Shown: piece by piece, positions 53,540 through 62,827 of the stretch
Layout of the letters: every line of letters starts with the position of its first letter
How positions within the stretch are numbered: the first letter of the stretch is position 1
DNA from: Patescibacteria group bacterium
GTDB taxonomy: Bacteria > Patescibacteriota > Patescibacteriia > Patescibacteriales > UBA12465
Assembly (NCBI GenBank): GCA_050949525.1
Contig: JBMNFW010000001.1
Location: forward strand, 527,890-591,889
Length of the DNA stretch: 64,000 bases
Direction of reading: 5' to 3'
The notes under the pieces: model-generated
Seen by the model: the letters and a program-made list of their open reading frames with translations, nothing else
The model's database searches: none
What the model was told of the DNA's origin: nothing
Program-made: the position numbers and the translations under genes

Positions 53540-54612
53540 AGTCCACGTCATTTTGGAAAAAAATTATTATTAACCAAATAATTCATCGGAGATACTAATT
53601 CAAGGCTCCAATGTGGTCTATCGGTATTATACCAAAGAAGCCAATCAATTAACAAATTATTAAAATCATCTAAATTATCAAAGTATTTTTCACCACTCCA
53701 ATCAATGAATTCTTCTTGAATAGTCCTATTAAACTTCTCAATATGACCCTGTTTGTATGGTCTACCTGGATAATTGAAATAATGCTCAATTTTTCTCTCT
53801 TCTAAGTATTTTTTAAAATAGAGATGGAATTCTAAACCATTATCAGTCTGAACAGCCTTAATATTAAAGGGCATGACTTCTTCTAATTTTTTAAAAAAAT
53901 CTTTAGCATTAGAGCTACTAATTCTGTTATAGGCATAAGCGAAAGCTGTTCGGCTAAAAGTATCAACAGCGGTAATAATATATCTCTTTAATCCATTGTG
54001 AAATCTAACAACAGTATCTATCTCTATTAAATCCCCAGGATTATTTACTTGTAATTCCTTAGGTTTTCTTTTCTTTTTAGTTTTTTTAATTTTTTTAATC
54101 TTACCAAAATGAGATATTTTCTGTCTATGATGATATATATCTTTATCTTTAATAATTCTACCTATCTTTGATTCTGAGTATATTGGTAAATTATTAATTT
54201 CACAAAATTTATCTAAAAATTTTTTAACTTTAGTTTTATCCATATTAGGACAAATCTCTAGTCTTAAACGTCTAATCTCTTTTAATATCAGAGGATGTAT
54301 TTCTCTTTTATTCTTGTTAATCCTAGCTTGGGATTTAGGATTGAGAGCTTCTATCTTGCCACCCCCTTCTCTAAATATTTTTTGCCAATTGTATAGGGTA
54401 GATTTTTTAACCCCAAAGGCATCAGTAGTGGCTTGAAGGCCATATTGCTTCCAAAATTCTAATATTTTGAGTCTTTGTCTAGCTTCTTTGGTAATCATAT
54501 ATTTTTGCTTAATTGCATCATTATATAATGTACCAAATCCGGGACAATTATAGTACTTAAACTTTATCTGCATACATTTTGGGCTTTTTATTTTCCAAAA
54601 TGTATCTGAACT
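53540..54612 (-). mobile_element. IS481-like (IS3/IS481 superfamily) insertion sequence, ~1073 bp
   Basis: Imperfect terminal inverted repeats AGTCCACGT-CATTTTGGAAAA (53540-60) and AGTTCAGATACATTTTGGAAAA (reverse complement of 54591-612). Possible 4-bp TSD TATT (53536-39 and 54613-16). Single DDE transposase ORF. Confidence 0.75.
53548..54573 (-). CDS. DDE (rve/integrase core) transposase, IS481-like
   Basis: 341 aa. N-terminal HTH (KKSTLYNWQKIF), then IEIDTV...ITAVDTFSR...VQTDNGLEF...YNTDRPHWSL. The stop lies inside the left IR. Confidence 0.85.
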   Translation of the reverse strand: MQIKFKYYNCPGFGTLYNDAIKQKYMITKEARQRLKILEFWKQYGLQATTDAFGVKKSTLYNWQKIFREGGGKIEALNPKSQARINKNKREIHPLILKEIRRLRLEICPNMDKTKVKKFLDKFCEINNLPIYSESKIGRIIKDKDIYHHRQKISHFGKIKKIKKTKKKRKPKELQVNNPGDLIEIDTVVRFHNGLKRYIITAVDTFSRTAFAYAYNRISSSNAKDFFKKLEEVMPFNIKAVQTDNGLEFHLYFKKYLEERKIEHYFNYPGRPYKQGHIEKFNRTIQEEFIDWSGEKYFDNLDDFNNLLIDWLLWYNTDRPHWSLELVSPMNYLVNNNFFPK

Positions 54613-54832
54613 TATTCAAAAAGAATTTAAAACTAAGGCTTAAAAATACCTTGCTTTACAAAGAAAAAATCTTGTGCTAAGCTAAAGATATTAAAAATAA
54701 TAAGTAAAACCTGTTTTAGGACTTAATCATAATGACTTTATTAAAACACTTAAATTATATCTACTATTATAAATTTAACTCAATTATAGTCTAATTTGGT
54801 CGTTTTATTATCCTCAAACAAGTAAAAAAAAT

Positions 54833-56347
54833 ATGATGTATATCTATCTAATCTTAACTTTGGTAGTTGGTTTTTTCTTGGCCTATATCTATTTTAAGAA
54901 ATCATCTAAATCTAAAGTGGAAGGAGCTGAAAATAGAGCTGAAAAAATAATCAATGAAGCTAAAACTAAACAAAAAAAATACGAATTAGAAACTCAGGAA
55001 AAAGCTTTAAAAATAATTGAAGAAGCTAAACGAGAAGAAGCTAATCGACGAAAAGAAATTAATCATCTTCAACGACGACTTGAACAACGAGAAACAGCTT
55101 TCTCACAAAAACTTTTAGCCTTAGAAGAAAAACAACAAAAACTTTATGATAAGGTTAATGAAGTTCAGGAAATTAAAGAAAAAATTAAAGATATTAAGAT
55201 TGAACAAGAAAAGAAATTAGAAAGTCTAGCTAATCTTAGCCCTGAAGAAGCTAAAGAAATACTATTAAAAGAAATTGAAGAGAAAAACAGTGAAGACCTA
55301 TTAGCTCGAATCACTAAATTAAAAAATGAATCAGACGAAGTTATTAAAGAAAAAGCTATGGATATGCTAGCCTTTGTTATTCAAAGATTAGCTCCCGCCT
55401 ATACCGCTGAATTAAGTACCACTATTGTTGATTTACCAAATGATGAAATGAAAGGCCGAATCATTGGTCGTGAGGGGCGTAATATTAAATCAATTGAACA
55501 AATGACTGGGGTTGAGATTATTGTTGATGATACTCCTAATGCTATTACTATTTCTGGTTTTTCCTTAATCCGACGTCATATAGCTAAAAAAGCTTTAGAA
55601 TATTTAATTAAGGATGGTAGAATTCATCCAACTAAGATTGAAGATGCTGTCAGTAAAGCTAAGGTTGATATCGCTTCTGATATCAAAAAAGCTGGAGATG
55701 AAGCTATTTATGAATTAGGGGTTACCGGTTTTGATCCGAAATTAACCCAAATTATTGGACGACTTAAATACCGAACCAGCTATGGTCAAAATGCCTTAGA
55801 ACACTCCATCGAAGTAGCTCATTTATCCGGCATGTTAGCTCGAGAATTAGGGGCTGATGCTAATATGGCTAAAAAAGCTGGCCTTTTACACGATATTGGA
55901 AAAGCGGTTGATCATGAAGTTCAGGGAAATCATACTGAGATTGGCCGTGATATTCTAAAGAAGTTCAATATGCCCGAAGAAATTATTGCTCCCGTAGAAA
56001 CTCATCATGACGACAATCCTAAAACCCTTTTATCAATTATTGTTAAAACAGCTGATGCTATCTCTTCAGCTCGTCCTGGAGCTCGACACGATTCCTATGA
56101 AAACTATATCCAACGCTTAGAAGAGCTAGAAGGAATTGCTAATTCTTTTGAAGGGGTTGAAAAAAGCTATGCCATCCAAGCTGGACGAGAAGTTCGAATC
56201 TTCATCTCCCCTGAAAAAATAGATGATCTTAAATCTTATGAAATAGCTCGAGAAATTGCTAAAAAAATTGAACAAGAATTAAAATATCCCGGAGAAATTA
56301 AAGTTAATATTATTAGAGAATTAAGAGTTATTGAATATGCCCGCTAA
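54833..56347 (+). CDS. rny: Ribonuclease Y
   Basis: 504 aa. N-terminal TM, coiled coil, KH domain (GRIIGREGRNIK) and HD domain (LLHDIGKA...ETHHD). Confidence 0.95.
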   Translation: MMYIYLILTLVVGFFLAYIYFKKSSKSKVEGAENRAEKIINEAKTKQKKYELETQEKALKIIEEAKREEANRRKEINHLQRRLEQRETAFSQKLLALEEKQQKLYDKVNEVQEIKEKIKDIKIEQEKKLESLANLSPEEAKEILLKEIEEKNSEDLLARITKLKNESDEVIKEKAMDMLAFVIQRLAPAYTAELSTTIVDLPNDEMKGRIIGREGRNIKSIEQMTGVEIIVDDTPNAITISGFSLIRRHIAKKALEYLIKDGRIHPTKIEDAVSKAKVDIASDIKKAGDEAIYELGVTGFDPKLTQIIGRLKYRTSYGQNALEHSIEVAHLSGMLARELGADANMAKKAGLLHDIGKAVDHEVQGNHTEIGRDILKKFNMPEEIIAPVETHHDDNPKTLLSIIVKTADAISSARPGARHDSYENYIQRLEELEGIANSFEGVEKSYAIQAGREVRIFISPEKIDDLKSYEIAREIAKKIEQELKYPGEIKVNIIRELRVIEYAR

Positions 56348-56639
56348 AAAATTCATTAATCCTAAAGATTTAGCTGAAATTTTAGCCGAAAAAAAGGATT
56401 TAAAAATAAATAAAAAACAAGCTGAAGAGATTATTAAATCCTTAGCTAATTTAATTATTAAAAAATTGCAAGAAAATCAAACAGTAAAGATAACTGGTTT
56501 TGGTACTTTTAGTACTAAAAACCGTCATGCTCGAGCTGGGGTTAATCCTCAAAAACCAGAGGAAAGAATAAAAATCCCAGCTGTGAGAGTAATAAAATTT
56601 AAAGCCGGAAAAAGATTAAAAGATGCTTTAAAAAAATAA
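56337..56639 (+). CDS. HU/IHF-family DNA-binding protein
   Basis: 100 aa from ATG 56337 (track uses TTG 56331). GFGTFSTKNRHARAGVNPQKPEERIKIPAVRVIKFKAGK. Overlaps the rny stop by 11 nt. Confidence 0.85.
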   Translation: MPAKKFINPKDLAEILAEKKDLKINKKQAEEIIKSLANLIIKKLQENQTVKITGFGTFSTKNRHARAGVNPQKPEERIKIPAVRVIKFKAGKRLKDALKK

Positions 56640-56643
56640 CTAT

Positions 56644-56672
56644 TTGCTAAAAATATTTTTTTCAATTATAAT
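56644..56672 (+). promoter_or_regulatory. Sigma-70 promoter of the tRNA operon
   Basis: TTGCTA (56644-49), 17-nt spacer, TATAAT (56667-72), 9 nt before the first tRNA. Confidence 0.7.
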
Positions 56673-56681
56673 GTTTTTATT

Positions 56682-56755
56682 GTGCCTATAGCTCAATTGG
56701 ATAGAGCATCTGGCTTCGGACCAGAAGGTTGTGGGTTCGAGTCCTACTGGGCACA
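56682..56755 (+). tRNA. trnR: tRNA-Arg (anticodon TCG)
   Basis: Acceptor GUGCCUA/UGGGCAC, anticodon stem UCUGG/CCAGA, loop CUUCGGA, T-loop UUCGAGU. CCA not encoded. Confidence 0.85.
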
Positions 56756-56768
56756 CATTTAAAAGACA

Positions 56769-56842
56769 GGCTGGGTAGCTCAGTTGGTTAGAGCGTAGCA
56801 CTCATAACGCTAAGGTCGAGGGTTCGATCCCCTCCCCCGCCA
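56769..56842 (+). tRNA. trnM: tRNA with CAT anticodon (Met, or Ile2 if lysidine-modified)
   Basis: Loop CUCAUAA, T-arm GAGGG-UUCGAUC-CCCUC. As read it has a U4-C69 and an A31-C39 mismatch. Not initiator-like (no 3 G-C pairs in the anticodon stem). Confidence 0.7.
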
Positions 56843-56851
56843 CTAATTAAA

Positions 56852-56927
56852 GCGCTGTTAGCTCAGCTGGTAGAGCAGCTCCCTCTTAAGGAGAAGGTCA
56901 AAGGTTCGAATCCTTTACGGCGCACCA
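56852..56927 (+). tRNA. trnK: tRNA-Lys (anticodon CTT), CCA encoded
   Basis: Acceptor GCGCUGU/ACGGCGC, anticodon stem GCUCC/GGAGA, loop CUCUUAA, T-arm AAAGG-UUCGAAU-CCUUU, 3' ACCA. Confidence 0.9.
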
Positions 56928-56957
56928 AAAAACCGACTTTGATCGGTTTTTTTGTTT
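56927..56957. terminator. Bidirectional terminator (tRNA operon / pilin gene)
   Basis: Stem aaaaaaccga / tcggtttttt, flanked by A and T runs. Confidence 0.7.
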
Positions 56958-56969
56958 TATTATTTTTAA

Positions 56970-57410
56970 CTATTGAGAAGACACTCCACCGGGATGAGCA
57001 CACTTTGGTCCAGCATCTAAACCTCCAACTTGACCACCTAAACAAAATGATAAAGTATAGGAACCATTATCCGTGGAAGTCGGAGCATAATCATAACTGT
57101 TTTGATCAGCAGTACAATTTCCATCAGCTGGACTTGGGGCAGTTGGCAAAACCGCCATATAAATATTACTACCACTAGCAATAGTTGAGGTAACGGATGA
57201 AGCAGCTGGATATTCTTGCCAATCATTAAAGTACAATTCTAAAGCAGTTTGAATTTGCTTAATATCGGCAATTCTTTTAGCATCTCGAGCACTCTTACGA
57301 GCCTGTTGTAAAGAAATTACCGCTAAGGTAGCTAAAACACCGATAATAGCAATAACGACTAATAATTCTACTAAAGAAAATCCAGCCTTGTTTTTATTCT
57401 TCTTGTTCAT
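56970..57410 (-). CDS. Type IV pilin-like protein (prepilin N-terminal methylation domain)
   Basis: 146 aa from ATG 57410 (MNKKNKNKAGFSLVELLVVIAIIGVLA). The track ORF extends to TTG 57497, overlapping murA. Confidence 0.85.
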   Translation of the reverse strand: MNKKNKNKAGFSLVELLVVIAIIGVLATLAVISLQQARKSARDAKRIADIKQIQTALELYFNDWQEYPAASSVTSTIASGSNIYMAVLPTAPSPADGNCTADQNSYDYAPTSTDNGSYTLSFCLGGQVGGLDAGPKCAHPGGVSSQ

Positions 57411-57468
57411 ATTGTTATAGTTAAGTTTTATAATTATATTGTAATTATAGCGAAAAAAATGATATTGG

Positions 57469-58731
57469 TCAATCTTCTCGAATAATATTAGCCCCAATTT
57501 TTCTTAAACGCTCATCAATTCTTTCATAACCTCGATCAATCTGATAAATATTATCGATCTCGGTTGTCCCCTTAGCAATTAAAGCTGCAATTAATAGAGC
57601 GATACCAGCTCTAATATCAGGACTAATTAATTTTTTTCCGTAAAGTTTAGTGGGACCAGAAACCACAACTCGATGAGGATCACACATAGTAATGTTAGCT
57701 CCCATCTGTGATAACATATCAGTCCAGATTAATCGTCGATCATAAATAGTTTCATGAATTAAGGAATTACCTTTAGCTTGTGTCATTAAAACTACATAAG
57801 GTGATTGAAGATCAGTAGGAAAACCTGGATATTCATGAGTTTGAATATTATATGGTTTTAAATTTTGACTCTTTTTCATTTGAATATAATTCTTCCCAAC
57901 TTCAAAATTAACTCCAATCTTTTTAAAAACACTCAACAATGCTTCCACATTACTCGGATCACAATTCTTTATTAACAAATCAGATTGAGTAACAGCCGCT
58001 AAAATAGCAAAAGATCCAGTTTCTATTCTATCAGGCATAATTTTAATACTACCACCTCTTAATTTTTTAACTCCATCAATAATGATAGTCGGAGTTCCAG
58101 CTCCCTTAATTTTAGCCCCAACTTTATTCAAATAATCAGCTAAATATTTAATCTCAGGTTCCATAGCACAATTCTTTAAAATTGTTCGTCCTTCAGCCAA
58201 ACAGGCAGTCATCATTAAATTCTCAGTTACAGTTACTGAAACTTTAGGAAAGAAAAACTCCGCCCCCTTTAATTTTTTAGCCTTAAGATGATAAAACTTT
58301 TCCTCAACTTTAATTTCAGCTCCCAAAGCTTTAAAACCATCTAAAAATAAATCGATTGGACGTCCACCCGCACCAATTACACAACCACCTGGATGAGGAA
58401 AACGAATCTCTTTAAAGCGAGCCAATAATGGACCAACAAACATAATCGAGGTTCTAAACTTATCCGCCAACTTAGCTGGGAGCTCCTTAGTTTTTAAATT
58501 TTTAGCTTCAATAACATATTTATTAGAAGACTTCTTCTCAACCTTAAAACCTATAGCCGACATCAACTCCAATGATTTCTCAGTATCCTCAATCCGAGGC
58601 ATATTACTAATTACCATCGGCTCCGCTAATAAAATAGCCGCTGGAATAACCTTTAAAGCTAAATTTTTAGCTCCGTTAACTTTTATTTCCCCAGACAATT
58701 TTTGCTGTCCTTTAATGATAAATTTGGCCAT
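57469..58731 (-). CDS. murA: UDP-N-acetylglucosamine 1-carboxyvinyltransferase
   Basis: 420 aa. KFIIKGQQKLSGEIKVNGAKN, PGGCVIGAGGRPID (active-site Cys) and FPTDLQ motifs. Confidence 0.95.
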   Translation of the reverse strand: MAKFIIKGQQKLSGEIKVNGAKNLALKVIPAAILLAEPMVISNMPRIEDTEKSLELMSAIGFKVEKKSSNKYVIEAKNLKTKELPAKLADKFRTSIMFVGPLLARFKEIRFPHPGGCVIGAGGRPIDLFLDGFKALGAEIKVEEKFYHLKAKKLKGAEFFFPKVSVTVTENLMMTACLAEGRTILKNCAMEPEIKYLADYLNKVGAKIKGAGTPTIIIDGVKKLRGGSIKIMPDRIETGSFAILAAVTQSDLLIKNCDPSNVEALLSVFKKIGVNFEVGKNYIQMKKSQNLKPYNIQTHEYPGFPTDLQSPYVVLMTQAKGNSLIHETIYDRRLIWTDMLSQMGANITMCDPHRVVVSGPTKLYGKKLISPDIRAGIALLIAALIAKGTTEIDNIYQIDRGYERIDERLRKIGANIIRED

Positions 58732-58749
58732 AGAATATTGTATTAATTA

Positions 58750-60081
58750 TTATTGAATTAAAATACTAAATAAACCACTGAGCTGACCTTGTGAACCAGA
58801 AAAATACAAAATATTATTACTCTTATCCAAAGCTAAATCCAACACCTCATCTAAAGAGCTAATAGTTAATAATGATTTATTATACCGTAAATCCAAAATC
58901 TTGATATCCTTATCAGTAGAAAAAATCAAATAATTTTTAGGATGCCAAAGCAAATTTTTAATTTCAGTTTCAAAACGACTAATTAAAAACTTTTCCGCCA
59001 ACACAGTATTAAAAGAATAAATCTCTAAATCAGAATGATAAATTAAATTATTAGCATCAACCAAGTCTAAACCCGAAACATTATCTAAAACAGCCCAAAA
59101 GGAATTAAAATGAGACGACGTTTTAACAATATGCACGCTCTTAAATTGTGGGTTATAGATATAGACAAAATCAGAAGCTCCTGGATTTATAATCTCATAA
59201 TCCAAAGAAAATGGTAACTCAATCTCTTTTAAAAGTTCCTTATTTTTATAAGAATAAATTCTTAAAAAAGATTGCTGTTCTTCACTAATAATTAAAAAAT
59301 AAAAACCATTATAAAACTCATAATCAATAATATTTTTTATCAAAAAAACATTATCTTGTTGCTTCGAAGAAAGATGATATTTAAACAAACCAGAATCTTG
59401 AAGATAAAATAAATTATTAGCTCGAATCTTAAGTTTTGATAACGAATTTGTAGCTAGAAAAGACAAATCTTGATAATTTTTTCTAGCCTCATCAAATATT
59501 AAAGAATTATTTAAAAGAAGGCGACGACCATCTAAAAAATCCAAATCTTTTAAATTAGGATCAGAAAAAACTTCTTGCCCAGTTTTTAAATCAATCACCT
59601 TAAAATCATCCTTTAATATAATTTTTTGTGATCGAGTATTAAGTTCAAAATTCTGAGCCGTAGTCTTAAAAAAATTAAACGCTTCTTCCTTTTTGAATAA
59701 AACAATATCTTCCATATAAGTAGATTGCCCGGGATAAATCTGAAATTTTTGTTGCCAAGGCCAATAACCATCTAACTCTAAACTCAATAAATAAGTTCCG
59801 GGAAGAAGTCCTCTAATCTTACTAGGACTAAGTATCTTTTTATTCCTTTTAATTTCATTATCAAAAATTAAATCTCGACTTTGACGACTAAGATTAATCT
59901 CAGCCCCGCGAGGTTTAGAATCAATAGCTAATATTCCAGTTTTTTGAATTAAATCCTGACCACTTAAAAGACCGGTAACTGATACTTTGTAACCAGAAGC
60001 TGACAAAGAAAAAAATATGGTCATGATAATAAAAACCAGAACAAAAAGAACAAAAAGAAAATTTCTAAAAGGATAAGACAT
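58750..60081 (-). CDS. Membrane-anchored PEGA-domain protein with beta-propeller-like C-terminal region
   Basis: 443 aa. N-terminal TM and a PEGA-like IDSKPRGAEINL...LLPGTYLLSLELDGYWPW. The remainder is beta-rich. Confidence 0.55.
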   Translation of the reverse strand: MSYPFRNFLFVLFVLVFIIMTIFFSLSASGYKVSVTGLLSGQDLIQKTGILAIDSKPRGAEINLSRQSRDLIFDNEIKRNKKILSPSKIRGLLPGTYLLSLELDGYWPWQQKFQIYPGQSTYMEDIVLFKKEEAFNFFKTTAQNFELNTRSQKIILKDDFKVIDLKTGQEVFSDPNLKDLDFLDGRRLLLNNSLIFDEARKNYQDLSFLATNSLSKLKIRANNLFYLQDSGLFKYHLSSKQQDNVFLIKNIIDYEFYNGFYFLIISEEQQSFLRIYSYKNKELLKEIELPFSLDYEIINPGASDFVYIYNPQFKSVHIVKTSSHFNSFWAVLDNVSGLDLVDANNLIYHSDLEIYSFNTVLAEKFLISRFETEIKNLLWHPKNYLIFSTDKDIKILDLRYNKSLLTISSLDEVLDLALDKSNNILYFSGSQGQLSGLFSILIQ

Positions 60082-60083
60082 AA

Positions 60084-60962
60084 TTAAAAATCTTGTGACA
60101 AGTCTTTAATAAAGCTCTTTAAGTCATCTTTAATTTCCTCATCTTTAATACCTAACTTTAAAGTAGCTTTAATTAAATTTAATTTATTCCCAGTATCTAA
60201 CCACTCCCCCTCAATCTTCTTACCATAAATAGGGCGATTATTCTCTAACATTAAATCAAAAGCATCAGCTAACCTAATTTCACCCGATTTACCATCTTTC
60301 ATTCCTGACAAAACCTGAAGAACCTCGGGAGTGATAACATAAAGACCCACGGCAGCCAAATTAGATGGAGCTTGTCCAATTTCAGGTTTTTCAACAAACT
60401 TTTTAATTTCAAAATCTCCCTGACCTAAATCTAATCCATCAATCACCCCAAACTTATTAACCTCATTTTTATCCACCTCCGACAAACCAATCACCGGATC
60501 TTGATAACGATTATATAAATCAATAATTTGTTTAACTGGAGAAACTGGAGCATCATAAAGAGTATCACCAAACATAATTAAAACAGGTTCATCAAATATT
60601 AAATGAGAAGCACAATTAATAGCATGACCATCACCTAAAGGAACCGCCTGACGAACATAAGAAAATTTAGCTAAAGAATCTATTTTTTTAATCTTAGCCA
60701 CTAAATCTAATTTATTCTTCTCAACTAAAGTATGCTCCAATTCAAAAGAATGATCAAAATGATCTTCAATCGCCCGCTTTCCTCGACCAGTAACAAAAAT
60801 AATCTCCTCAATTCCAGCTGAAACAGCATCCTCAACTAAATATTGAATAACTGGCTTGTCAACTACTGGCAACATTTCTTTAGGTTGAGCTTTAGTAGCT
60901 GGCAAAAATCGAGTTCCAAAACCAGCTACCGGCATAATCGCTTTTTTAACTTTTTTTACCAT
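60084..60962 (-). CDS. galU: UTP--glucose-1-phosphate uridylyltransferase
   Basis: 292 aa. KAIMPVAGFGTRFLPATKAQPKEMLPVVDKPVIQY and VEKP motifs. Confidence 0.93.
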   Translation of the reverse strand: MVKKVKKAIMPVAGFGTRFLPATKAQPKEMLPVVDKPVIQYLVEDAVSAGIEEIIFVTGRGKRAIEDHFDHSFELEHTLVEKNKLDLVAKIKKIDSLAKFSYVRQAVPLGDGHAINCASHLIFDEPVLIMFGDTLYDAPVSPVKQIIDLYNRYQDPVIGLSEVDKNEVNKFGVIDGLDLGQGDFEIKKFVEKPEIGQAPSNLAAVGLYVITPEVLQVLSGMKDGKSGEIRLADAFDLMLENNRPIYGKKIEGEWLDTGNKLNLIKATLKLGIKDEEIKDDLKSFIKDLSQDF

Positions 60963-60978
60963 ATGTTTAAATTATTAA

Positions 60979-61758
60979 TTATTTTCTTAAACCCCATTTC
61001 CGAAAATATTTAAACCAAGACCTAATATGTTCCTGAGCTAACTTATCTTTAAAAATAGATTGATACCAAGGAAGTCGAGCACTCTCTCGAGCATGATGAT
61101 GAATAATTTCAGCCCGCGGATTATAAACCACCTTCTTGTCAGCTTGCCACGCTCGACGACAAACATCAATATCCTCAAAATACATAAAGAATCGCTCATC
61201 AAAACCTTCAAAACCAGAACGACGAATCATTAAACAAGACCCCATTAACCAATCAACTTCTTTAATTATATCATGAGAAAAACTTTTCATCAAAAACCAA
61301 TCAAGATGTCTTTGAAAAAATCTACCTAAAAAAGTTCGACGAAAAATCGGAGTCCAAGGACGAGGAAAATGAGCGCAAGACAACTGTAAACTTCCATCCG
61401 GATTTAAAAGCTTAGGTCCAACTATATAAACATCAGGATTATCCTTAATATATTTCCATAAAATTTGAACGGAATCTTTCTGTAAAACTGTATCGGGATT
61501 TAAAATCAAAACAAACTCTCCTTGAGCTATATTTATTCCTAAATTATTACCACCACCCATGCCTAAATTAACTGGACTTTCAATTAATTTAAAATCAATA
61601 ATCTCAGTTTTAAAACCTTCCAACTTATCACCAGAATTATTCTCAATGACAATTATTTCATACTTAATACCATCCAAATCCGCTGACTTAATTGACTCTA
61701 AACAAGCTCTTAATTTTTCTTTTGATTTGTAATTAACAATAACTATAGATAAATCCAT
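60979..61758 (-). CDS. Glycosyltransferase family 2
   Basis: 259 aa. LSIVIVNYKS, IVIENNSGD, LILNPDT and FMYFEDIDVC (GT-A, D.D). Confidence 0.85.
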   Translation of the reverse strand: MDLSIVIVNYKSKEKLRACLESIKSADLDGIKYEIIVIENNSGDKLEGFKTEIIDFKLIESPVNLGMGGGNNLGINIAQGEFVLILNPDTVLQKDSVQILWKYIKDNPDVYIVGPKLLNPDGSLQLSCAHFPRPWTPIFRRTFLGRFFQRHLDWFLMKSFSHDIIKEVDWLMGSCLMIRRSGFEGFDERFFMYFEDIDVCRRAWQADKKVVYNPRAEIIHHHARESARLPWYQSIFKDKLAQEHIRSWFKYFRKWGLRK

Positions 61759-61768
61759 AAACTATAAA

Positions 61769-62827
61769 TTAAATTTTAAAAACTTTAAGTATAAACTTTA
61801 AGCCAGAAAAATAAATAGAAAAAAAATAATTAGCAATTCTAAGAGCCGGGCTATCAATTTCTTGATAAGAAATACATCCGGAAATCTTATCAATAATTTG
61901 ATAGTCTTTAATTTTTCTAAAACGCTGAATGGTACGTCGAGAACGGAAAATCCGACGTAAATTTATTGGATTAAGAAAATATAACCAAACAGCTATTTTC
62001 TTTTTAAACCATGAATTACGAAGAGAGAAATAAATTTGCCCTAATTCCATTACAATAAAGGCGGGAAAAATTAAGACTAAGGTTAAAGCTCGATAATTTT
62101 TCAAAATAGTAATAATACGATTACGATCCATGTAATAAAATTTATTAATCGAACGCCCAAACTCATATTTATGATAAACCACTGAATCTTCAACTAAAAC
62201 ACAACGATAATTAGCTAACCATATTCGCCAACCCAAATCCTGATCTTCATTATACATAAAATATGATTCATCAAAAAGACCAACTTCTTTCAAAACTTCA
62301 GCCTTGAATAAAACAGCTGCCCCCGAAGGATAATGCATTTCCAAATCTTTAACCCCCTGGTATTCATCGCGATAATTATTACAATAGCCAAAGCCTAAAA
62401 AATGACTACTATTACCTAAACTATTAATCAAATGTTTCTCCGGCCATAACATTAAACGAGATTGTAAAGCGCCCGCACTAGCATCTAATTCAGCTCGCTT
62501 TATTAAATTACTAAGAGCTTTTTGATCTTCAATAACAGTATCCATATTCAAAAGAAGAATATAAGGTATTCCCTTACTTAAGGCGACTTTAATAGCATCA
62601 TTATTCCCCTTAGCAAAACCATCGTTATTAGAATTACAAATGATATTAGCCTCCGGAGCTGAATTTTGTAAAAATTCAAAAGACTCTACCGTGCTAGAGT
62701 TATCAACTATATAAAGATCAATTTCTGACCACATATCTTGCTGACGCAAACCCTGCAAACAATCAGCTAAATATTTCTTAGCATAATCTTTGTAATTAAT
62801 TAAAATAACAGCAACTTTTTTATTCAT
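61769..62827 (-). CDS. Glycosyltransferase family 2 with C-terminal membrane region
   Basis: Start set to ATG 62827 (MNKKVAVILINYKDY), an 8-nt overlap with the upstream GT2. VDNSST, LLLNMDT and FMYNEDQDL motifs. Confidence 0.8.
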   Translation of the reverse strand: MNKKVAVILINYKDYAKKYLADCLQGLRQQDMWSEIDLYIVDNSSTVESFEFLQNSAPEANIICNSNNDGFAKGNNDAIKVALSKGIPYILLLNMDTVIEDQKALSNLIKRAELDASAGALQSRLMLWPEKHLINSLGNSSHFLGFGYCNNYRDEYQGVKDLEMHYPSGAAVLFKAEVLKEVGLFDESYFMYNEDQDLGWRIWLANYRCVLVEDSVVYHKYEFGRSINKFYYMDRNRIITILKNYRALTLVLIFPAFIVMELGQIYFSLRNSWFKKKIAVWLYFLNPINLRRIFRSRRTIQRFRKIKDYQIIDKISGCISYQEIDSPALRIANYFFSIYFSGLKFILKVFKI

